Assembly: GCA_016789605.1 (NCBI GenBank)
Contig: JAEUQO010000284.1
Coordinates: forward strand, 8,205-72,204
Reading direction: 5' to 3'
DNA: 64,000 nt
From: Acidobacteriota bacterium
Lineage (GTDB): Bacteria; Acidobacteriota; Blastocatellia; RBC074
Numbering within the stretch: position 1 is the first letter of the stretch; every line of letters starts with the position of its first letter. Below are positions 1 through 7,170 of this stretch, in pieces. Position numbers and translations under genes: made by a program. The notes beneath the pieces were generated by a model, which saw only the letters and a list, made by a program, of their open reading frames with translations, was not told the DNA's origin and searched no databases.

Positions 1-126
1 CCCGCTGCGCGCTGAACCACGCTTTCAGGCAATCTTGCGCGGCATCGGGCTTTCTCCCTGAACTCCCCCCAGACAACAAACACAACTTGAGCCGTCAACC
101 TGCGGACTAACAATCTGTTCTTCATC
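1..126 (-). CDS. possible 5'-partial CDS (first ~42 codons; would continue past window start)
   Basis: ATG at 126 on the minus strand with GAAGGAGAA Shine-Dalgarno 5 nt upstream; the frame stays open to the window edge. Several rare codons (AGA, TTA, TTG) make it doubtful. Too short to appear in the ORF track. Confidence 0.2.
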
Positions 127-279
127 ACGTTCTCCTTCTTTGTTCATCCATAATCACACACGGCGCAAACGCGATTCGCCTGAATCGCTTTTGCGCCTCA
201 TTCAGACAGGCGGAAAACCTGAACAGATTCCTTCACGACAGAAAATCTTTCTTCCGGTAAACTTTTCGATGATACCTAT

Positions 280-489
280 GCGGCTTTGCCGCCTGATGTG
301 CGGACGGCCTATGGCCGTCCGCAGTTTAGGATTTTGTTTGGGGCTAGGCCCTAAACGGTCGGGGCCTAGCCCTGTAACAGTTTCCAATCACGCCCGGAAG
401 GTCAAAGACCTTCCGCACATCGAGCGGCAAAGCCGCGATAAATCACCGAAAAATTACAGAAGGAAATCGTTTTTGCCTCCACAAAAACG
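280..489. repeat. cluster of six consecutive perfect stem-loops (REP-like palindromic elements or structured leader)
   Basis: Read directly from the sequence. Stems: 280-284/288-292 (GCGGC-TTT-GCCGC); 299-309/313-323 (11 bp); 341-350/363-372 (10 bp); 395-403/407-415 (9 bp); 424-428/432-436 (GCGGC-AAA-GCCGC, the reverse complement of the first); 468-475/482-489 (8 bp). Confidence 0.4.
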
Positions 490-562
490 TCAGGTTGCCG
501 ACCGAAGTGTTCAGCGACGCGCCCAGGCCGCGCAGTAGCGCAAATACGCTTCGCATGCCAGA

Positions 563-1471
563 ATGCGCGCTCCTGGCAAACACGCACCACAAATCACAAA
601 CAAACTCCATCAAAAGAACCAGAGCAACGCTATGAACACGCCGACCAATGCACCACTGATTCTTGCTGATCTGACGCTGTCACAACGGCTGGAAAAAACC
701 GAAGCCCAAAGCAATGCCGGGTTTGTCGACGCCAGAGCGGCGGTTTTTCCTGACAGCGGTGCGCGCTGGATCGAAGTCGCGGGCGCGTATGCGATGTTTG
801 ATGGCGTGGGTTCGCCGCTGACACAAACCTTCGGCCTGGGCATTCATCAGCCCGTCACTGCCGATGACCTGCAACAACTGGAAGATTTCTTTCGCGAACG
901 GCAAGCAGATGTTTTTCACGAAGTCAGTCCGCTGGCAGACCCCAGTGCGCTGACGCTTTTGAATGAACGCGGTTATTTCCCGCTGGAATTCACCAGCATT
1001 CTCTATCGCCCGTTGCAGTGCGATCTGCAACTGGCAGGCAAGGTCAATCCGAAAATCACCGTACGTCTGATCGGGAACAATGAGGCCGATCAGGAGCTGT
1101 GGGCGCAAACAGCCGTCAAAGGCTGGAGTCTGGATTTACAAATGACAGACCTGCTGTTGGAACTGTTTCGGCTCAGCGCGCGCAAACCCAACGCGCCGTG
1201 CTTTCTGGCTGAATTGGACGGCCAACCAATCGCCACTGGCGGGTTGAATGTACACGACGGCGTCGCGTTGCTCGCGGGCGCGAGCACCATTCCCGAAGGT
1301 CGCCAGCAAGGCGCACAACTGGCGCTGCTCGAACATCGGCTGCGTTATGCGTTGGAACAAGGCTGCGATCTGGCGATGATGGGAGCGGCTCCGGGCAGCG
1401 GTTCTCAACGCAACGCCGAACGCCAGGGTTTCCGCATCGCCTATACCCGCATCAAGTGGCAATTGCGTTGA
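563..1471 (+). CDS. GNAT-family N-acetyltransferase-like protein
   Basis: 302 aa ORF. The C-terminal half resembles a GNAT fold (acetyl-CoA binding-like segment QQGAQLALLEHRLRYALEQGCDLAMM). An alternative start is ATG at 632. No strong Shine-Dalgarno at either start. Confidence 0.55.
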   Translation: MRAPGKHAPQITNKLHQKNQSNAMNTPTNAPLILADLTLSQRLEKTEAQSNAGFVDARAAVFPDSGARWIEVAGAYAMFDGVGSPLTQTFGLGIHQPVTADDLQQLEDFFRERQADVFHEVSPLADPSALTLLNERGYFPLEFTSILYRPLQCDLQLAGKVNPKITVRLIGNNEADQELWAQTAVKGWSLDLQMTDLLLELFRLSARKPNAPCFLAELDGQPIATGGLNVHDGVALLAGASTIPEGRQQGAQLALLEHRLRYALEQGCDLAMMGAAPGSGSQRNAERQGFRIAYTRIKWQLR

Positions 1472-1480
1472 GGGTGTGAT

Positions 1481-2872
1481 TTACGATTCAGTCGCGAGAA
1501 TTTCCAGCGGAACACTGACCGACGCGACATCGTGAAAGAGTAATGCCAGCGTCGTTAAACCGGGCGCGATGTCAGCGGGCAATTGCGCGTCTACTTGATA
1601 CCCGGCAATGTCCGTCACAAAGCCAACAAACCCCGGCCTGAGCAAATGCTCGCCGACGCGTACGCGCACATTGTCGCAATTCGCCGCCTCATCCAATCCG
1701 TCTACAAACAAACGCAACAATGATTTGGGGCCGCGCGCGCAGATGTCCGTGCCGAAATCTGCGCCATTGCGGATGGTTGCGATTTTGGGTGCGAACGGCT
1801 GATGTGTTTCCAGCGTGACGGAAACCGCTGGCGAAACGCCTCCCGTCGCCAGGCGCACAGAAACCGGCGTCGCCCCCGCTGCCATCCCCGACGGAATGGC
1901 GACTTCGATGTAAGTCAGCGAGTTCAACGGCGCGGCACAATTCCCCGCCACGGCAGATTCAAAATGCGGGCGCACGCGGCCCACATAACGCGGCGTCAGC
2001 GATTGGCCGTTGATTTCCACCTGCACATTGCTGGCGTCGGCCCATTCGCGTTCCAAACCGGAAACGACCAGCGACAACCACGCGTCTTTGCCCGCCGTAG
2101 GAATGACGGAAATAGCGGCGTCATCTGCGCGCGCAAAAAATTCGATTTGCGGTGTTCCCGGCGAAACGAACGCGGGCGTCATTCGCTTGCGCAACGTCGT
2201 CCAGCAATAGAGCGTGCCTGCGCCATAAACGCTGATCAGTTGCGCGCCAAGTTCGCGCGCCAGCGCGCGCAATTCCGCTTCGGTAAAGGTCGCGCCCGAC
2301 CAGGTGTCTTTTTCCTTTTCGGCGTAACGATCGGCTTCGACGCCGTTGGTATGCACGCGCACCAATCCGCCGGGTTTGACGACGCGAAAGGCTTCACGCA
2401 AATTGGCGCAGATTACGTCTTTGCTCGGCACGTGCTGAAAGACATACGCCGAAAACACAATGTCGAAATACGCCGTCGGCAAGGCGGCAAAATCCACGCC
2501 GCTGGTTTCATACAAATGCACGTTGGGAAATTCGGCCAGCCGTTGTTTCGCGCGCGCGATCATTTCACCCGACACATCCGTCGCGTGCACTTCGCCAAAC
2601 AGCCCGGCCAGATGTTTGGTCATTCGTCCGATGCCGCAACCGATTTCCAAAAAGCGCAAACTTTGCGGCGCGCGATCCTGAGTCAACAACACCAGTTCAG
2701 GCAAAATCAGCCCTTGCATTTCGTTGGCGCCGGTCGCGTCAAACTCCGCTTCAGATTGTTCGAGCTTGGCGGTGTTGATGTACCACTTGGCGTTTTCGCG
2801 TGCGCGGTCGTTCCAGTCGCGCTTCATCGTTTCTGCCAGCGCTGTGAGTTGAGATTCGGTATGACTGCTCAT
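1481..2872 (-). CDS. class I SAM-dependent methyltransferase with C-terminal tandem Solibacter-type (TIGR03437-like) beta-sandwich domains
   Basis: Motif I LEIGCGIGRMTKHLA and post-I VVKPGGL are present. Start set at the internal Met (MSSHTESQ; ATG complement at 2870-2872), because the ORF-track upstream extension is arginine-rich. The C-terminal 200 aa show two repeats ending in the pattern V.V.V..G...R.G.VG.....G.Q.(D/N)..(I/V)P. Confidence 0.8.
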   Translation of the reverse strand: MSSHTESQLTALAETMKRDWNDRARENAKWYINTAKLEQSEAEFDATGANEMQGLILPELVLLTQDRAPQSLRFLEIGCGIGRMTKHLAGLFGEVHATDVSGEMIARAKQRLAEFPNVHLYETSGVDFAALPTAYFDIVFSAYVFQHVPSKDVICANLREAFRVVKPGGLVRVHTNGVEADRYAEKEKDTWSGATFTEAELRALARELGAQLISVYGAGTLYCWTTLRKRMTPAFVSPGTPQIEFFARADDAAISVIPTAGKDAWLSLVVSGLEREWADASNVQVEINGQSLTPRYVGRVRPHFESAVAGNCAAPLNSLTYIEVAIPSGMAAGATPVSVRLATGGVSPAVSVTLETHQPFAPKIATIRNGADFGTDICARGPKSLLRLFVDGLDEAANCDNVRVRVGEHLLRPGFVGFVTDIAGYQVDAQLPADIAPGLTTLALLFHDVASVSVPLEILATES

Positions 2873-2920
2873 TGGGTTTTCGATCCGTCCGTGTACAATC
2901 GGAAGGCATAGGAGGAATTG

Positions 2921-3490
2921 ATGAAGTTGGGAAACACTCTCTGGCGTTTGTCTTTTACGATCCTGGTTTGTCTGGCGCTGGCGCTGGCCGCCACCAACGC
3001 CCAAAGCAAAAAAGCAGGCGGCGACGCGCGTACGGCAGTCGAAAAGTTTTTCGCGCTGCTCAAAAGCCAGCAATACGCGGCGCTCTATGATTTTTTGCCC
3101 GGCCAGTTGCAACAACAACTCACGCGCGAACAGTTGACGCAAAGCCTGAAACGGTTAGACGCGCAACTGGCGCTTGAGCGGCTCGAAATCGGACGCGTGC
3201 AACAACGCGGAGATTTCGCCGTGGTGGATACGACCATTTACGGCAAGCTGAAAAGACCCTTGCAAATGAACGGCGCGGAAATCAACGAAGGCCGCGTCAG
3301 CGCACAGCAATTTCTGTTGAAAGAAAACAACCAGTGGAAGGTTGTCACCGCCGATGATCGTGTGCGCAATTTCTTTTTGAAACGTTACCCTGAGTTCAAC
3401 AAACAGTTTCAGCTTAGCCCGCCGCAATTCGCCTTCAAGCAAAACGGCCAGTGGACAACGATGGGCAATGCGCCGCGCCTGCCCCGCTAA
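2921..3490 (+). CDS. secreted hypothetical protein with signal peptide (NTF2/DUF4878-like)
   Basis: GGAGGA Shine-Dalgarno at 2911-2916, 5 nt before ATG 2921. N-terminal hydrophobic signal peptide LSFTILVCLALALAATNAQS. Confidence 0.65.
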   Translation: MKLGNTLWRLSFTILVCLALALAATNAQSKKAGGDARTAVEKFFALLKSQQYAALYDFLPGQLQQQLTREQLTQSLKRLDAQLALERLEIGRVQQRGDFAVVDTTIYGKLKRPLQMNGAEINEGRVSAQQFLLKENNQWKVVTADDRVRNFFLKRYPEFNKQFQLSPPQFAFKQNGQWTTMGNAPRLPR

Positions 3491-3498
3491 AATCGCCG

Positions 3499-4092
3499 TC
3501 AGCGCATTTTGCCCATGGTTTGTTGCCAGGTCAGCGTGCGCCGCAACACCGCCAGCCGCGCGCGTTCGCGTTCGCTGACCAACCCATCGAGCTGGTCGGC
3601 AATCGCGCCCAACAAGGGAAAGGCAAATTCTCCGGCGTGCGAAACGATCTGGGCGTAATAGCTCAACTGCAAATCGCCCGCCGCCGTTTGGTGAAAGGAA
3701 CGCAAGCCCTCTTCATCCAGCGCGATGACTTCGGCGTTGATCGGCAACACCATGCGCGGCACACCTTGCTGAGCTCCGTTTGCGTTGCGCCAGCCAAGCA
3801 AGAGCAAACTGATCAACACGCCTTGCTCGTTCAGGTAATCCGGGCTGAAGACCGCGTTCAATTCCGACGGCGTAGACAACCGTGGGCCATAGTTGCCGAA
3901 TTCCGGGTTGACCAGTTGCGAGTTATAGATCACGCCGATCACATCGTGCGCGCCCACCGCGATTTTGACGAACTGGCCAAAATGATAATCGCCCGGTTGT
4001 GGCGGTTGCGGCGTTTCCAGCGAATCCAGCACCCGCGCCAGATAATCCACGTGCGAATTCGATTTGATAATTTTGGCAATCAGCATAGACAA
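3499..4092 (-). CDS. hypothetical protein; N-terminus resembles a HAS-barrel (HerA/ATP-synthase-type) domain and lacks any ATPase domain
   Basis: 197 aa. The segment IAKIIKSNSHVDYLARVLD...GQFVKIAVGAHDVIGVIYN has the alternating hydrophobic beta-barrel pattern of HAS-barrels. The antisense ORF 3451-4179 is Arg-rich and treated as a shadow. Confidence 0.45.
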   Translation of the reverse strand: MSMLIAKIIKSNSHVDYLARVLDSLETPQPPQPGDYHFGQFVKIAVGAHDVIGVIYNSQLVNPEFGNYGPRLSTPSELNAVFSPDYLNEQGVLISLLLLGWRNANGAQQGVPRMVLPINAEVIALDEEGLRSFHQTAAGDLQLSYYAQIVSHAGEFAFPLLGAIADQLDGLVSERERARLAVLRRTLTWQQTMGKMR

Positions 4093-4140
4093 AGTTTACC
4101 CGCGTCTGTCAGTCGAAGCCATCGCGTTTGCCGCCCGGCC

Positions 4141-5847
4141 TTATTTCGTTTTGCCTGGCCCCCACAATGCGCGCCCTGATTTGGCGCCGGTATGTGCGCC
4201 GTCTTTGAGCACGTGCGCACCATTGACGAAAACGTGCTGCATGCCGACCGCAAGCTGGTGCGGCTGTTCAAACGTGGCTTTATCGGCAATCGTTTGCGGA
4301 TCAAAGACAACGACGTCGGCAAAATAGCCGCCCTTGAGCAAACCGCGCCGCTCCAGGCCTAAATTCGCCGCCGGCAAGCCAGTCAACCGGCGCACGGCTT
4401 CGGCCAGCGAAATGACTTTTTCTTCGCGCACGTATTTGCCCAACAGGCGCGAGAAATTGCCATAGGCGCGCGGATGCGTCGAGGATTTCAAAAACACGCC
4501 TTCGGCGGGCATCGAACCCGCGTCTGAACCAAACGACACCCAAGGCAATTTGATCTGCCGTTTGATGTTTTCTTCCGACATCATGAAATACACCGTGCCC
4601 ACGCGCGAACCGTCTTCCAGCACCAGATTCATCACCGTGTCGGTGTAATCTTCGTTGCGCAACCTGGCGACTTCAGCCAGCGTTTTGCCGGTGTATTTTT
4701 TCAACTCCTCGTTTTTGAATCCCACCAACAAGACACGCTCTGGCGACCCGGCGGCCAGCAGCAGGTTTTCCCATTTGCCGGTGGGCGTGCGAATTTCGGC
4801 GGCAATCTTTTTGCGCGTTTCAGGATCGCGCAACCGTTTGAATGCGGCTTCATAACCGCCATCGAGCACCCAGGGCGGCATCGCCGCGTCCAACCCCGTC
4901 GCGCCCGCCGGATAGGTGTACATATCCGCAGTGACGCGCATTCCGGCCTTGCGCGCCTGTTCGATTTTGGCGATGACTTGCGCCATCTTCGGCCAGTTCG
5001 ACTGCCCGGCGGCTTTGAGGTGATAAATCTCTGCCGGAATGTTGGCTTCGCGCGCGATGCGCAAAAACTCGTCCACGGCTTCGAGCAATTTGTTGCCTTC
5101 GCTGCGCATATGCGAAATGTATTTGCCTTTGTATTGAGCGGCGACTTTGCACAGTTCGATCAGCTCTTCGGTGGGCGCATAAAACGCCGGTGCATAAATC
5201 AACGAAGACCCAATGCCCAACGCGCCCGCTTCCATCTCTTGGCGCACCAGGTCGCGCATTTGCTGCAATTGTTCGGGCGTCGCTTTTTTGTCTTCGAGCC
5301 CGATGACGTATTCGCGAATCGTCGTCGCACCGACGTAAGACGCCACATTGCACGACACGCCATTGCGCTCCAGCAATTGCAAATAATCTGCCAGCGTCGT
5401 CCATTCGATGGGGAATTTCAGGTCGCCTTGCGCGTCCAGCCGCCGTTTTCTCATCTCTGCGGTCAGCGGCCCCATCGAATCGCCTTCGCCAAAAATTTCC
5501 GTCGTCACGCCCTGCTTGATATCGCCCAAACTGCGACCATCCACCAGCAAATCATCCACCGCCCACGAAAGCATGTTGATGAAACCCGGCGCGATGGCCA
5601 GTCCGCGCGCATCAATGACCGTTTTGGCTGGTGCATTTTTGAAATCCCCGACGCCGACAATCTGATCGCCGCGTATCAACACATCGGCGCGACGCCCCGC
5701 CGCACCGGTGCCGTCATACACCGTGCCGTTTTTGAGCAACACATCGTACGAACGAGATTCAGACGATTGTCCCAGGCTGCTGGTGCCAAGCGTGAAAAGC
5801 AAAACAACTGTCAGAAGTTTGCGCCAAGATGTCATTGCGTTCTCCAT
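4141..5847 (-). CDS. N-acyl-D-amino-acid deacylase (D-aminoacylase), amidohydrolase superfamily, secreted
   Basis: Signal peptide; metal-binding N-terminal motif VIDARGLAIAPGFINMLSW; amidohydrolase_3-like length. Start may be the internal Met at 5835, which overlaps the wzt stop by 4 bp. Confidence 0.85.
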   Translation of the reverse strand: MENAMTSWRKLLTVVLLFTLGTSSLGQSSESRSYDVLLKNGTVYDGTGAAGRRADVLIRGDQIVGVGDFKNAPAKTVIDARGLAIAPGFINMLSWAVDDLLVDGRSLGDIKQGVTTEIFGEGDSMGPLTAEMRKRRLDAQGDLKFPIEWTTLADYLQLLERNGVSCNVASYVGATTIREYVIGLEDKKATPEQLQQMRDLVRQEMEAGALGIGSSLIYAPAFYAPTEELIELCKVAAQYKGKYISHMRSEGNKLLEAVDEFLRIAREANIPAEIYHLKAAGQSNWPKMAQVIAKIEQARKAGMRVTADMYTYPAGATGLDAAMPPWVLDGGYEAAFKRLRDPETRKKIAAEIRTPTGKWENLLLAAGSPERVLLVGFKNEELKKYTGKTLAEVARLRNEDYTDTVMNLVLEDGSRVGTVYFMMSEENIKRQIKLPWVSFGSDAGSMPAEGVFLKSSTHPRAYGNFSRLLGKYVREEKVISLAEAVRRLTGLPAANLGLERRGLLKGGYFADVVVFDPQTIADKATFEQPHQLAVGMQHVFVNGAHVLKDGAHTGAKSGRALWGPGKTK

Positions 5848-7085
5848 TGCGCGTCAAATTTCAGCAGGCCGTGAATCACCTGTTCAGTGACGACGTCGAA
5901 TTGATACATCTGATTGTGAATGTCTGCCGGATCGTTCCAATCGGGCGCGCCGTTTTTTGTATAGGCTTTGAGCGAGAGATAGTAAACGTTGTGCGTCAGC
6001 GTCAGGCTGGGAATGTGCAATTCGATCACCTGAGCGCCACGTTTGATCGGCAACGGTTGCGGGTGCGTATCCAGGTTGTTGACGCTGCCAATGAATACGC
6101 CGTCGTAACGATGCACATCTACCGCCAAAACCGGCGCGGGATAATCGTCGTCGGCTTCGACGTGCAAACGGATGGTGGCCGGTTCCCCGGTTTTGAAAAC
6201 CCAGGTCGTTTCGCCTTGCTGATTGACCATCTCGATGTGGGCGAACCGCAATTTGCCATTGCCCCAGCGCGAGCCGGTCAATTTCAATTCGCGCAAAATC
6301 TCGTCGTGTTCGCGCGAACCGATGCCACCGTTGCGCGCGGCGTCGCGCAACCGCTGATCTTCCAGACGCGCACAAAACGCTTGATACGCGGTGACGACTT
6401 CGCGCGCATCACCGGTCATGACAACCTTGCCGCCTTCCAACCACAACGCCTGTGTGCAAAACCGCTGCACCAGTTGCGGGTCGTGCGAAACAAACAGCAC
6501 GGTTTTGCCCGCTTTGCGAAAGTATTCCATGCGATCCAGCGACTTGCGCTGAAAGTATACGTCGCCGACCGAAAGCGCTTCGTCCACGATCAACACATCC
6601 GGGTCAACGTGAATCGCCGAGGCAAACGCCAGACGCATCAGCATGCCTGTGGAGTAGGTTTTGACCGGTTGATCCACAAACGCTTCCAGCTCGGCAAATT
6701 GCACGATGACGTCCATGCGCCGTCGCATCTCGTCTTCGCTAAAGCCGAGAATCTGTCCGCTGAGCAAAATGTTTTCGCGACCGGTGTATTCAGGATTGAA
6801 GCCGCTGCCGAGTTCGAGCAATGCCGTAACGCGGCCTTCGACGCGGACTTCGCCGCGCGTGGGTTGCAAGACGCCCGCGATGATTTGCAGCAACGTTGTC
6901 TTGCCTGCGCCGTTGCGGCCAATCACGCCGATGGCTTCGCCTGTGTCAACCTGCAAAGAAACGTCTTCGAGCGCCCAAAAATCGCGGTGATATTTGCGCC
7001 GCCCGCGCAGCAGAATCTCTTTCAGCCGCCCGGCGGGATTGTCGTAAACGCGATATAGCTTGGAGACGTTTTGAACGGAGATCAT
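5832..7085 (-). CDS. wzt: polysaccharide/O-antigen ABC transporter ATP-binding protein Wzt (TagH family) with C-terminal carbohydrate-binding (Wzt_C) domain
   Basis: Walker A GRNGAGKTT, ABC signature YSTGMLMRL and Walker B LIVDEAL are present. The roughly 170 aa C-terminal extension is beta-sandwich-like. Start chosen at ATG 7085 (MISVQNVSKLY). Confidence 0.85.
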   Translation of the reverse strand: MISVQNVSKLYRVYDNPAGRLKEILLRGRRKYHRDFWALEDVSLQVDTGEAIGVIGRNGAGKTTLLQIIAGVLQPTRGEVRVEGRVTALLELGSGFNPEYTGRENILLSGQILGFSEDEMRRRMDVIVQFAELEAFVDQPVKTYSTGMLMRLAFASAIHVDPDVLIVDEALSVGDVYFQRKSLDRMEYFRKAGKTVLFVSHDPQLVQRFCTQALWLEGGKVVMTGDAREVVTAYQAFCARLEDQRLRDAARNGGIGSREHDEILRELKLTGSRWGNGKLRFAHIEMVNQQGETTWVFKTGEPATIRLHVEADDDYPAPVLAVDVHRYDGVFIGSVNNLDTHPQPLPIKRGAQVIELHIPSLTLTHNVYYLSLKAYTKNGAPDWNDPADIHNQMYQFDVVTEQVIHGLLKFDAQWRTQ

Positions 7086-7170
7086 CAGAGAAATCAAAAG
7101 GCAACGGGCAAAAGCTGCGCGCTCAATCACGGCAAGCGGCGCTTGTCAGACGCGCATTGCCGGTTGCTTT

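Noticed and set aside
140-538. 132 aa plus-strand ORF overlapping the hairpin cluster
   Set aside because: Arg/Pro/Ser-rich, no Shine-Dalgarno, and it reads straight through six palindromes. Most likely a chance ORF in structured intergenic DNA.
1481-3142. ORF-track 5' extension of the methyltransferase (553 aa version) and similar long N-terminal extensions of icd, rpe, the isomerase and the sulfatase
   Set aside because: The extensions are Arg/Leu-rich with no Shine-Dalgarno, and they overlap neighbouring genes. Internal Met codons with Shine-Dalgarno sequences and homologous N-termini were chosen instead.
5829-7058. 409 aa plus-strand ORF
   Set aside because: Antisense to wzt, which has Walker A, Walker B and the ABC signature. 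Its composition is R/F/A-rich.
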